A stretch of 64,000 nt of DNA from an uncultured Gemmatimonadales bacterium (GTDB lineage Bacteria > Gemmatimonadota > Gemmatimonadetes > Longimicrobiales > RSA9): NCBI GenBank assembly GCA_963728445.1, contig CAVSJO010000008.1:122333-186332 (forward strand). Reading direction: 5' to 3'. This document shows positions 1 to 9,404 of this stretch, piece after piece; the first letter of the stretch is position 1, and each line of letters begins with the position of its first letter. The translations under genes were made by a program, and so were the position numbers. The notes under the pieces are model-generated. The model was given only the letters and a program-made list of their open reading frames with translations. It had not been told where the DNA came from and did no database searches.

Positions 1-12
1 AGGAGCGGGGAG

Positions 13-118
13 GCGCACAGGCCGGGCCGTCGCGCACAGGCCGGGCCGTCGCGCAGAGGCCGGAGGTCGCGCAGAGGCCGGAGGTCGCGCAGAGGCCGGA
101 GGTCGCGCAGAGGCTGGG
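13..118. repeat. Tandem repeat: 2x 19-bp GCGCACAGGCCGGGCCGTC, then about 3.5x 18-bp GCGCAGAGGCCGGAGGTC
   Basis: Contiguous units read directly, no spacers. Confidence 0.85.
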
Positions 119-546
119 CCCGGGGCCCCGCCCCCCGGCCTCGGCCCCGGCCCCGGACGAAAGTGGACATCCACCCCGCCTCTCCTGCGTGAGTGTGCAG
201 TTTCACCCGGAAATCGCACGAAATTGCACATCGACGCGCGGTGTGGCGCGCGCCGATGGCCGATTTCGTTCGAAATCCGGAGCCAATTGGCCACCGGGCG
301 CCGCCAAGGAGCTTCGCTGGCCGATTTCGTCCGCTCTCCCCGCGGGCCCGAACGTAGACAAGCGTCATCGCGTGCAGATCTGCCCGGGCGACCCGGATCA
401 CGGCGGGTCCGAGGGCGCGCCCCCGGTTCTTCCTCTCCTTCGCGCCCTTCGCGCCCTTCGCCCCCTCCGCACCTCCGTCCAGCCTGCGCCTCCGCGCGCC
501 ACTATCCCCCGGTGAACCGGCGCCGCCAGTGCGGGTACGGGGACCC

Positions 547-1269
547 ATGCGCGTCCATCCCTCCCTTCTCGTTGCCAGCCTGGTCGTTCTCGTTGTCTTC
601 GCCTCACCACGCCCGGCACCGGCCCAGACCGTCCACGGCACGCTCGTGAACGAGGACGGCGGCGCGCCACTGCCTCACGGGGCGGTATCACTGTTCGATG
701 CGTCCGGCGTGAAGGTGGACTCCACGCGCGCGGGTGCGGACGGCGCGTTCACGCTGCACGCGACGTCGCCCGGTACCTTCACCCTCTACTTCACCCATCC
801 AGGCTACGCATCGGTCCCGTCCGCGCCGATCGCGCTCAAGGCCGGAGACACGGTCGAGAAGCGCTTCGCCGTGCCGCTCATCGGCGGCGCGGCGATGGAG
901 CGGATGGCGGAGGTGGTGGACCTCGAGAAGCGTCTGCAGGGCGACATCGTCGAGCTGTGCGGCGAGCGGCCGCGCTCATGGGAGGCGGGCATTCTCGTCG
1001 GGGTCGTGCGGACGAAGGACGGCGGCGCGCCGCTGGCCGGGGCGGTGGTCCGGATCGAGGCACCGGCGCGGGCCGGTGGCGAGCCGTTCCACAGGGCGAC
1101 GGTGAGCAGTGCGAACGGCGTCTACGTCATCTGCAACGTGCCGGAGGGGCGTGCGACGATGCGCACGACGCTCGAAGGCTACCGGGTCGACGAGGGACCG
1201 GTCGACGCGCACGCGGGCGACGTCGGCTGGTACGACGTCTACCTCGGTCGTGCGAGGTCCAGGAGGTGA
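547..1269 (+). CDS. Secreted protein with two carboxypeptidase-regulatory-like (transthyretin-like) domains
   Basis: Signal peptide ending PAPA-Q; motifs VHGTLVNEDGGAPLPHGAVSL and VGVVRTKDGGAPLAGAVV...SSANGVYVICNVPEG. Confidence 0.75.
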   Translation: MRVHPSLLVASLVVLVVFASPRPAPAQTVHGTLVNEDGGAPLPHGAVSLFDASGVKVDSTRAGADGAFTLHATSPGTFTLYFTHPGYASVPSAPIALKAGDTVEKRFAVPLIGGAAMERMAEVVDLEKRLQGDIVELCGERPRSWEAGILVGVVRTKDGGAPLAGAVVRIEAPARAGGEPFHRATVSSANGVYVICNVPEGRATMRTTLEGYRVDEGPVDAHAGDVGWYDVYLGRARSRR

Positions 1270-2075
1270 CGAGCAGAGTGCAGCAGACCGGCCGCCCACA
1301 CGTCCGCCTGCCCGGGCCGCTGGTCCGGTCCCGGTTCGTCGAGCGTCCGAACCGCTTCCTGCTGCGGTGCGCGGTGGACGAGGCATGCGACGTCGCTTCG
1401 GCCGGGGACGTCGTGGACGTGCACATGGCGGACCCGGGCCGACTCCGGGAGCTGCTGATCGCGGGCCGCAGGGTCTGGATCCGGCACGCGCCCTCACCGA
1501 AGCGGAAGACGTCCTGGAGCGCGGTGCTCGTGGAATCCCCCGACGGCGGCGGCCTGGTGTCGCTCAACACCACGGAGCCGAATCGGCTGGTGCACACGGC
1601 GCTGCGGGCGCGGGGGCTGGACGAGCTGGCGGAGTGGGAGCTGGAGAGCCGGGAGACCCGACTCGGTCGGTCGCGAATCGATTTCGTGCTGGCGCACCCG
1701 GACGGACGGAGGATGGCGCTGGAGGTGAAGAGCGTGACGCTGGTCGAAGACGGCGTCGCCCGCTTTCCTGACGCGGTCACGGCGCGTGGCGCGCGGCACG
1801 TGCGGGAGCTGACCACCCTCGCCGGCACGGACGGATGGGAAGCCGCGATTCTGTTCGTGCTGCAGCGGCCCGACGCGCGGCGGATCGAAGCGGCGCACTC
1901 CATCGATCCGGCCTTCGCCGCGGCGCTCGCCGAAGCGGCAGCGGCGGGGGTCCGGGTGCTGGGTCGGAGGTGCGACGTCTCCCACGAGCGGCTAACGCTC
2001 GGCGAGGCGGTGCCGGCGGGCGCCGACGCGCAGCCTTTCGGTCGCGGCGGACTCACCCTAGCATTCGAGCCATGA
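1266..2075 (+). CDS. sfsA: DNA/RNA nuclease SfsA
   Basis: RPNRF, HMADPGRLRELL, SRIDF, EVKSVTL, FPDAVTARGARHVREL; GTG start overlaps the upstream stop. Confidence 0.9.
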   Translation: MTSRVQQTGRPHVRLPGPLVRSRFVERPNRFLLRCAVDEACDVASAGDVVDVHMADPGRLRELLIAGRRVWIRHAPSPKRKTSWSAVLVESPDGGGLVSLNTTEPNRLVHTALRARGLDELAEWELESRETRLGRSRIDFVLAHPDGRRMALEVKSVTLVEDGVARFPDAVTARGARHVRELTTLAGTDGWEAAILFVLQRPDARRIEAAHSIDPAFAAALAEAAAAGVRVLGRRCDVSHERLTLGEAVPAGADAQPFGRGGLTLAFEP

Positions 2076-4753
2076 AGACCACATCGCAATGGACGGCCGT
2101 CGCGACGGCCATCGTGCTTGCCTGGGGCATCACCGCGCCCGCACCGGCGGCGGCCCAGGGCACCGCGAGCGTGCACCAGGGTGCGGAGCGGCTCGGCCTC
2201 GAGCTGCGGCGCCTCGGCACGACCAAGCGGGTGCTGATGATCGCCGCGCACCCCGACGACGAGAACACGGCGCTGCTGGCGGAGCTCGCGCTGGGGCAGG
2301 GGGCGGACGTCGCCTACCTGGCGCTGACGCGCGGGGAGGGCGGCCAGAACCTGATCGGGCCGGAGCTGGAGGAGGGGCTCGGGCTGATCCGCACCGAGGA
2401 GCTCATGGCCGCGCGGCGCCTGGACGGAGCGCGGCAGTTCTTCAGCCGCGCCTACGACTTCGGCTTCTCCAAGTCCGCCGACGAGGCGTTCGGCCACTGG
2501 CCCCGCGACTCGGTCCTCTCGGACGTGGTGGCGGTCGTGCGGAAATTCCGGCCGGACGTGATCGTGGCGGTGTTCACGGGCACGCCCGCGGACGGGCACG
2601 GGCAGCACCAGGTCTCGGGCATCCTGGCGCGGGAGGCGTTCCGGGCCGCTGCGGACCCGTCCCGGTTCCCTGACCAGGTGGCCCGGGGGCTCGCGCCGTG
2701 GCAGGCGAAGTACCTGTTCCAGTCGCTGTGGCAGGGCTCGCCGCCGGGCTCCATCCGGCTGTCGACGGGCGACCTCGATCCGCTGCTGGGCGAGTCGCAC
2801 TACCAGGCGGCGATGGCGAGCCGCAGCCGGCATCGCTCGCAGGACATGGGAACGGCGCAGCCGATCGGGCCTCAATCGGTGGCCGTGAATCCCGTGAGCG
2901 GCGGCTTCCCGGCGGGCGCGACGTCGATGTTCGCGGGAACGGACACGACGCTCTCCATCCTCGCCGCGGACGTGGCGGGCGCGCCGGCGTCGCTTCGCTC
3001 CGCGCTCGAGGACTACGAACGCCTGGTCGCATCGGCGCGGAAGGACTACAACCCGTTCCATCCGGAGTCGATCCGGCCGGTACTGGGCCGGGCGCTGGCG
3101 GACCTGGACCGGGCCGCCGGAACGGCCGCATCGCTGAAGGGGGAGGGCGCCGAAGCGCTGCGAGGTCGCCTGTCCGCGGAGCGGGAGCAGGCCGGCGCCG
3201 CCGCGTGGGACGCGGCGAACCTCGTGTTCGACGCCGTGGCGGACCAGCCCCGGGTCGTGCCGGGACAGGACCTCACCGTCACGCTGCGCCTCTGGAACGG
3301 CGAGGACTCGCCCGTACAGGTCGCGGCGCTGGAGCCGCGGCTGCCGGAGGGCTGGAGCGCGGAGCCGCAGGACGCGACGCCGACGAGCGTGGCCTCGGGC
3401 GACGTCGCCGCGAGACGGTTCCGGGTGCACGTCCCGGGCGACGCGCCGCCGACGGAGCCGTACTTCCTGCGGCGGCCGCGGAACGGCGACATGTACCGCT
3501 GGCCGGCGGCGGACTCCATCCGCAACCTGCCCTTCGCCCCGCCGGCCATGCAGGCGACGGCGAGGGTGAAGGCGGGGGACGCGACGCTCGTGTCGACGGA
3601 CGAGATCACGTACGCGGACGTCGACAAGGCGGTGGGCGAGCGGCGCGTGCCGATCCTCGTCGTCCCGGCGGTGTCGGTGGCCCTGACGCCGCGGGTCACG
3701 ATCGTCCCGGTTTCGCCGGCGGAGACGGCGAGCACGCGGGCCGACGGCGGGTCGGCCCGGACGGCGAGCGCGCAGGACGGCGCGGCCACCCGTGCGCCCG
3801 CCCGGGAGCTGACGGTGGAGCTGCACGCCGCGGCGGCGACGAAAGGGACGCTCGAGCTGACCGCGCCGGAGGGGTGGACCGTCGCACCGGCCCGGCAGTC
3901 GCTGGATCTGGCGGCGGGCGAGATGAGAACGGTGCGGGCGACGCTGACGCCGCCGTCCTCGCCGGCGCCGGGACAGCTCGCGGTGGACGCCGCGTTCCGG
4001 AGCGACGACGCCCGGACCTACGAGCGGGGCTACACGGTCATCGACTACCCCCACATCAGCCCCCACGCTCTGTACCGACCGGCGGAGACGCTCGTGTCCG
4101 TCGTGCCGGTGAGCGTGCCCGCGGACCTGCGGGTCGGCTACGTGATGGGCGCCGGTGACGACGGGCCGGACGCGCTGCGGCAGATGGGCGTGAGCGTGGA
4201 CCTGCTGGGCGCGGAGGCGCTCACGAGCGGGGACCTGTCGAAGTACGACGCCATCGTCACGGGCATCCGGGCGTACGAGGTGCGCACCGACCTGGACGCC
4301 AAGAACGGGCGGCTGATGGAGTACGTTCGGAACGGCGGGACTCTCGTCGTCCAGTACAACAAGTACGAGTTCGTGGAGGGGGACTACGCGCCGTACCCGC
4401 TCACCATGGCGCAACCGCACGACCGGATCACGGACGAGGATGCGGACGTGACGTTCCTCGAGCCGGACCACCCGGCGCTGTCGAGTCCGAACCGGCTGAC
4501 GCCGGAGGACTTCCATCACTGGATCCAGGACAAGGGGCTGTACTACGCCCACACCTGGGACGACCGATACACGCCGCTGCTGTCGATGCACGATCCGGGG
4601 GAGGAGCCGGTGGAGGGCGGGCTGCTGGTCGCGAAGGTCGGAAGGGGCTGGTACGTGTACACGGGGCTGGCGCTGTTCCGCCAGTTCCCGCAGGGAGTCC
4701 CGGGCGCGTACCGGCTGCTCGCGAACCTCGTCTCGCTGGGCTCGGCTCGGTGA
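2072..4753 (+). CDS. Secreted PIG-L/LmbE family deacetylase with NEW3-like Ig domains and a C-terminal GATase-like domain
   Basis: Signal peptide; AAHPDDE, LTRGEGGQN, DFGFSKS, HGQHQ, SRHRSQ. Confidence 0.85.
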   Translation: MKTTSQWTAVATAIVLAWGITAPAPAAAQGTASVHQGAERLGLELRRLGTTKRVLMIAAHPDDENTALLAELALGQGADVAYLALTRGEGGQNLIGPELEEGLGLIRTEELMAARRLDGARQFFSRAYDFGFSKSADEAFGHWPRDSVLSDVVAVVRKFRPDVIVAVFTGTPADGHGQHQVSGILAREAFRAAADPSRFPDQVARGLAPWQAKYLFQSLWQGSPPGSIRLSTGDLDPLLGESHYQAAMASRSRHRSQDMGTAQPIGPQSVAVNPVSGGFPAGATSMFAGTDTTLSILAADVAGAPASLRSALEDYERLVASARKDYNPFHPESIRPVLGRALADLDRAAGTAASLKGEGAEALRGRLSAEREQAGAAAWDAANLVFDAVADQPRVVPGQDLTVTLRLWNGEDSPVQVAALEPRLPEGWSAEPQDATPTSVASGDVAARRFRVHVPGDAPPTEPYFLRRPRNGDMYRWPAADSIRNLPFAPPAMQATARVKAGDATLVSTDEITYADVDKAVGERRVPILVVPAVSVALTPRVTIVPVSPAETASTRADGGSARTASAQDGAATRAPARELTVELHAAAATKGTLELTAPEGWTVAPARQSLDLAAGEMRTVRATLTPPSSPAPGQLAVDAAFRSDDARTYERGYTVIDYPHISPHALYRPAETLVSVVPVSVPADLRVGYVMGAGDDGPDALRQMGVSVDLLGAEALTSGDLSKYDAIVTGIRAYEVRTDLDAKNGRLMEYVRNGGTLVVQYNKYEFVEGDYAPYPLTMAQPHDRITDEDADVTFLEPDHPALSSPNRLTPEDFHHWIQDKGLYYAHTWDDRYTPLLSMHDPGEEPVEGGLLVAKVGRGWYVYTGLALFRQFPQGVPGAYRLLANLVSLGSAR

Positions 4754-4778
4754 GGCGGACGATGAACTGCGGGCGAGC

Positions 4779-5099
4779 ATGACGTTCGACGCGGAGCGGA
4801 TCGCGGCGTTGCGGCGCATGGCGGAGCGAAGCCCGTCGGATCCGCGGCCGCGCTTCGGGCTGGCCGCCGAGGCGGAGCGGGCCGGGGACTGGGCCGGTGT
4901 CGTCGCCGAGCTGCGAGCATACCTGGAGCTGGCGGAGGACCAGGGGAATGGGTGGGGGCGGCTGGGACGGGCGCTCCGGGAGCTCGGACGCACGGCCGAA
5001 GCGCGGGACGCCTACCGCAGGGGAATCGAGCAGGCCCGGTCCCACGGACACCCATCGATGGCCGCCGAGTTCGAAGAGATCCTGGAGGACTGGGACTGA
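4779..5099 (+). CDS. Small tetratricopeptide-repeat protein
   Basis: P-x-D-P-x-x-R-F-G-L-A start and the TPR pattern LGRALRELGRTAEARDAYRRGI. Confidence 0.75.
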   Translation: MTFDAERIAALRRMAERSPSDPRPRFGLAAEAERAGDWAGVVAELRAYLELAEDQGNGWGRLGRALRELGRTAEARDAYRRGIEQARSHGHPSMAAEFEEILEDWD

Positions 5100-5302
5100 C
5101 CCTGACAGCAGTCAGGCCGGCGCGACTCCCCGTCGTGCAGGGCCCGTCCGGAGCCCATCCGCGGACGGCGCCTCCCTCCCCCCCTTGAGACTCCGAAGGA
5201 AATCCGAAAGATTGCGGCCGGGCCCGGCGTCGAGCGGGGCCCGGCGGCGGCGCCCGGACGTCGGGCGCACAGCCATCACCAGGGCAGGAACGTCGAGGCG
5301 AA

Positions 5303-7771
5303 ATGGTCGGAATCGAGCCGAGAGAACGGGTGCTCCAGCGTCTCATCGAGGAGGAGATGCGGGAGTCCTTCCTGGACTACTCGATGAGCGTAATCGTGCA
5401 GCGGGCGCTGCCGGACGTGCGCGACGGGCTGAAGCCGGTGCACCGGCGGATCCTCTACGCCATGCACGGGCTGGGGCTGAACCCGGGACGGCCGTACAAG
5501 AAGAGCGCGGCGGTGGTGGGAGAGGTGCTGGGCAAGTTCCACCCGCACGGGGACGCGGCGGTCTACGACGCGCTCGTGCGGATGGTCCAGGACTTCAGCC
5601 TGCGCTATCCGCTGGTGGACGGGCAGGGCAACTTCGGGTCCATCGACGGAGACAACGCAGCGGCGTACCGGTACACCGAGGCGAAGCTGGCGCCGGTAGC
5701 GCTCTCGCTGCTCGGGGACATCGACAAGGACACGGTCGACTTCACGCCGACGTTCGACAGCCAGCGGGAGGAGCCGGAGATCCTGCCCGCCGTACTTCCG
5801 AACCTGCTCGTGAACGGCAGCTCCGGGATCGCCGTGGGGATGAGCACGAACGTGCCGCCCCACAACCTGCGGGAGATCGCGGCGGCGGTGCATCTGCTGA
5901 TCGAGAACCCGGAATGCACTCTGGACGAGCTGCTGGAGCTCGTGCCGGGCCCCGACTTCCCCACTGGCGGGCTGATCGTGGGCCGCTCGGGCATCCGGGA
6001 CGCGTTCGAGACCGGCCGCGGACGGATCGTCATGCGGGCCCGGGTCCAGAAGGAAGCGCGGCGGGACGGGAAGGAGCAGCTCGTGGTGACGGAGCTGCCG
6101 TACGGCGTGTCGAAGTCGAAGGTGGTAGAGCAGATCGCGGACCTCGTGCGGGCGCGGAAGATCGACACGGTTTCGGACCTGCGGGACGAGTCGGACCGGG
6201 ACGGCATGCGCATCGTCGTGGAGCTGAAGCGCGGTGCGAACCCGAAGGACGTGCTCCGCTACCTGTGCCGGCACACGTACCTGCAGCAGACCTTCGGCGC
6301 GATCATGCTGTCGCTGGATCACGGGCAGCCGGTGGAGCTGGGCCTGAAGGAGATCCTCGGTTGCTATCGGGACCATCGGATCGAGGTGATCCAGCGGCGC
6401 GCGCGCCACGAGCTGGAGGAGGCGAAGCGGGACGCGCACATCGCCGAGGGGCTGATCATCGCGCTCGACAACATCGACGCGGTGATCGGAATCATCCGGG
6501 AGTCGAAGGACCGGGAAGACGCGGGGCGTGCACTCCAGAAGCGATTCGGCCTGAGCGACGTGCAGGCGGCCGCGATCCTGGACATGCGCCTGCACCGGCT
6601 CACGTCCCTCGAGCAGTCGGAGCTGCGCGACCGGCTGGCGAAGCTGAAGGCGCGCATCGCCGAGCTGGAGGAGCTGCTCGCGAGCGACGCGTTGCAGCGG
6701 CAGGTCCTGCTCGAGGAGCTGGACGCGGTGGTAGAGCGCTTCGGCGACTCGCGGCGCACGACGATCATCGAAGTCGGGAAGAACGAGTACGTAATCCCGG
6801 ACCTGGTGGCGCAGGAGGAATGGGTCGTCACGGTGAGCCGCGAGGGGTTCGTCAAGAGGATCCCGATGAACCTGTACCGGCGCCGCGTCGAGAGCGGGAA
6901 GCCCATCGCGGGGATGGAGCGCTACGAGGACGACTGGATCGAGCGCATGTTCATCGCGGACACGCACGACACGGTGCTGGTCTTCACGCAGGACGGGAAG
7001 GCGCACTCGCTGCCCGTGATGGACGTACCGGAGACCGCGCGCTCGAGTCGCGGTCGGTCGCTGGCACAGCTGCTCGAGCTGGACGACGTGGAAGTGGCTG
7101 CCCTCGTGCCCGCCCCCGACTTCTCGCCGCAGCGAACGGCCATCTTCGCGATGGCGTCGGGCACCGTGAAGCGCACCGAGCTCGACCAGTTCGCGAGCAT
7201 CCGGTCCGGCGGCATCGCGGCCGTGGGACTGAAGAAAGGGGACCGCATCGTGGACGTGCGGCTCGGCTCGGGCACGACGGAGCTGGTGCTGGTGAGCGGG
7301 GAGGGCCGGGCGATCCGCTTCCCGGAGGACGAGATCCCGACCATGGGCCGGACCGCGCAGGGTGTGAAGGGAATGCAGCTCCGGAAGAACGACCGCCTCG
7401 TAGGCATGCTGGCCCCGCGCCGGGACGCGCTGGTCTGCACGGTGAGCGAGAAGGGGTTCGTGCAGCGCACCCCTGTCGCGGACCTGTCGGTCCAGAAGCG
7501 GGGCGGCCTGGGCAGCGTCGTCATGAAGGTCACGTCGAAGACGGGTGCCGTGGTGAGCGCCCGCGAGCTCCTGCCGGGCGAGGACCTCATGGTCGTCACG
7601 GCAGCGGGTCCGCCCGCCATCGTTCCGTCGGCGTCGCTCCCGGCGGCGGGCGACGCAGCGGCGAAGCCGATGAAGGAGACGGGCGGCAGCGCCGTGCTGG
7701 AGGCCCACGCCACACGGGCGGCGGACCGCGACCCGGGCGAGCAGCTGGACCTGATGGGCGAAGGCGGCTGA
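5303..7771 (+). CDS. Type IIA DNA topoisomerase subunit A (GyrA/ParC family; probably topoisomerase IV ParC)
   Basis: [28 protein letters not shown] (catalytic Tyr), C-terminal beta-pinwheel; no canonical GyrA-box in blade 1. Confidence 0.9.
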   Translation: MVGIEPRERVLQRLIEEEMRESFLDYSMSVIVQRALPDVRDGLKPVHRRILYAMHGLGLNPGRPYKKSAAVVGEVLGKFHPHGDAAVYDALVRMVQDFSLRYPLVDGQGNFGSIDGDNAAAYRYTEAKLAPVALSLLGDIDKDTVDFTPTFDSQREEPEILPAVLPNLLVNGSSGIAVGMSTNVPPHNLREIAAAVHLLIENPECTLDELLELVPGPDFPTGGLIVGRSGIRDAFETGRGRIVMRARVQKEARRDGKEQLVVTELPYGVSKSKVVEQIADLVRARKIDTVSDLRDESDRDGMRIVVELKRGANPKDVLRYLCRHTYLQQTFGAIMLSLDHGQPVELGLKEILGCYRDHRIEVIQRRARHELEEAKRDAHIAEGLIIALDNIDAVIGIIRESKDREDAGRALQKRFGLSDVQAAAILDMRLHRLTSLEQSELRDRLAKLKARIAELEELLASDALQRQVLLEELDAVVERFGDSRRTTIIEVGKNEYVIPDLVAQEEWVVTVSREGFVKRIPMNLYRRRVESGKPIAGMERYEDDWIERMFIADTHDTVLVFTQDGKAHSLPVMDVPETARSSRGRSLAQLLELDDVEVAALVPAPDFSPQRTAIFAMASGTVKRTELDQFASIRSGGIAAVGLKKGDRIVDVRLGSGTTELVLVSGEGRAIRFPEDEIPTMGRTAQGVKGMQLRKNDRLVGMLAPRRDALVCTVSEKGFVQRTPVADLSVQKRGGLGSVVMKVTSKTGAVVSARELLPGEDLMVVTAAGPPAIVPSASLPAAGDAAAKPMKETGGSAVLEAHATRAADRDPGEQLDLMGEGG

Positions 7772-7813
7772 TCCCGCGTCGGGGCGTCGGACCGTCGGGG
7801 CGACGTCGCCCGG

Positions 7814-8614
7814 CTAGAGCGCGTCGAGGAAGCGGACGACGGCCCGGCGGAACTCCTCCGGCGATTCCAACGGCGGGAGATGGCCCGACGGCCCCACCAC
7901 GGAGAGGCCGCCGGCGGGGAAGCCGCCGGCCAGCACACGCGCCTCCTCCGGCGGCGTGACGGGATCCTGGTCTCCGACGATCACGAGGACGGGGCAGGCG
8001 ACGCCCGGCAGGCGGCCGGAGTGGTCGTCGCGCTCTGCCATTCCGAGGGACGCCCGGGCCACGCCTTCGGGGCTCGACCGGCGCATCATCTGCACGACCT
8101 CCCGCACCGTCTCGGGTCGATCGGCGAGGGTGGAGGCGGCGAGGAGCCGGGGGGCCATTTCGTCGGCGATCCCGGCGACGCCCTCGGCGCGGGCGCGGGA
8201 GGCCACGAGGGCGCGGCGGCGGCGGCCCTCCTCGTCGTCGGCCGTCGCGCGGGTGTCCGACAGGACCAGGGCACGAACCCGCTGGGGCGCGAGCTCCTGC
8301 AGCGCGAGGGCCACGTACCCGCCCATGGAGAGGCCGCACACGACGGCGTGCTCGGCCCCGACGTGATCGAGGAGGGCGAGGAGGTCCCGGGCGAAGCGCC
8401 GCATGGAGTGCCGCTCTGCAAGGCCGAGTCCGGAGCCGCCGAAGCCACGCAGGTCCGGCGCGATCGCTCGCCACCCGGCGGGCGACTCTTCGAGGAGGTG
8501 CCGCCAGAGCCCTGCGTCCAGCGGAAACCCGTGCACGAGGAGGAGGACGTCGTCGTCAGCGCCACCGGCTTCGTGCCAGTGGAGGCGGGCGCCCTCGACC
8601 TCGAGGGAGGGCAT
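7814..8614 (-). CDS. Alpha/beta fold hydrolase
   Basis: HGFP oxyanion motif, DLRGFG, GLSMGG nucleophile elbow, GDQD, GHL. Confidence 0.88.
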   Translation of the reverse strand: MPSLEVEGARLHWHEAGGADDDVLLLVHGFPLDAGLWRHLLEESPAGWRAIAPDLRGFGGSGLGLAERHSMRRFARDLLALLDHVGAEHAVVCGLSMGGYVALALQELAPQRVRALVLSDTRATADDEEGRRRRALVASRARAEGVAGIADEMAPRLLAASTLADRPETVREVVQMMRRSSPEGVARASLGMAERDDHSGRLPGVACPVLVIVGDQDPVTPPEEARVLAGGFPAGGLSVVGPSGHLPPLESPEEFRRAVVRFLDAL

Positions 8615-8633
8615 CAGATGCGGAGAGAGGCCA

Positions 8634-8930
8634 TCAGATGCCGAGGGACGACCGGATCAGCGGATCGATCCGCTCGGGCGACCACTGGGGCTCGAACGTG
8701 AGCTCGATCTCGGCCTCGTTCACGCCGTCCAGGTCCTCCACCGCCGTGCGTGCATCCTCCACGATCTGCGTGGCCGCCGGACACATCGGCGAGGTCAGGG
8801 ACATGAGCACGTGCACGCGGTCGTCCGTGATGTCGATCTCGTAGACGAGGCCGAGCACTACCACGTCCAGATTCAGCTCCGGGTCCTTCACGCTGCGCAG
8901 CGCCTTCCGTACCGTCTTCTCGTCAGTCAT
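8634..8930 (-). CDS. sufT: DUF59/SufT metal-sulfur cluster assembly factor
   Basis: DPEL...LGLVY...LTSPMCP...FEPQWSPERI. Confidence 0.85.
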   Translation of the reverse strand: MTDEKTVRKALRSVKDPELNLDVVVLGLVYEIDITDDRVHVLMSLTSPMCPAATQIVEDARTAVEDLDGVNEAEIELTFEPQWSPERIDPLIRSSLGI

Positions 8931-9083
8931 GCAAAATTCCATGGCTCGGGGTCGCGTCCGGTCCTATACCCCCGTTCGGCGCGCGGCGGTCCGGCCGGAC
9001 GCACGGGCAAGGAACGTCTCCTGCAGCACAGTGGCCGCGGGGAGCCCCGAACTCAAGTCGGCGCCCGCGCGCGGGCCGAACGT

Positions 9084-9113
9084 TTGACACCTCCCGGCTT
9101 CGGCCGGTAGGGT
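9084..9113 (+). promoter_or_regulatory. Putative sigma70 promoter TTGACA-N18-TAGGGT for the selenoprotein-pfkA unit
   Basis: Perfect -35 and plausible -10, about 30 nt upstream of ATG 9146. Confidence 0.5.
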
Positions 9114-9145
9114 TCCGGCGCCGGCTACTCCAGACGAGGTGGACC

Positions 9146-9379
9146 ATGGCGACGGCACCGAAGAAGGTCACGATCGAATACTGCGGGCTCTGAAACTACG
9201 AGCCCCGGGCCTCCAGGATGGAGGCGCAGATCCGGGAGCACTTCCCGGACACGGACGTCGAGCTGATCCGATCGAAGGGCGGCGTGTTCGAAGTCGTCGC
9301 GGACGGACGGCTGATCTACTCGAAAAAACAGACGAAGAGGCACGCCACATGGGAGGAAGTCCGGGAGCGGCTCTCCTGA
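9146..9379 (+). CDS. Rdx family (SelW/SelT/SelH-like) selenoprotein, 77 aa, Sec at TGA 9191-9193
   Basis: Read-through gives MATAPKKVTIEYCGLUNYEPRA...IRSKGGVFEVVADGRLIYSKK; CxxU and GxFEV motifs; GAGG RBS. Confidence 0.9.
9209..9225 (+). promoter_or_regulatory. Putative bacterial SECIS hairpin
   Basis: GCCTCC-AGGAT-GGAGGC stem-loop with a G-containing loop, starting 16 nt after the in-frame UGA. Confidence 0.6.
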
Positions 9380-9404
9380 GGCGACGCCGATCGGACGGGA
9401 GCGC

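Noticed and set aside
13-118. Possible CRISPR array
   Set aside because: Units are contiguous with no unique spacers, and no cas genes are in the window
1127-4993. 1288-aa minus-strand ORF and similar long ORFs (4897-7959, 5276-7708, 42989-45325)
   Set aside because: Arg/Pro/Gly-rich shadow frames of real genes, expected in high-GC DNA
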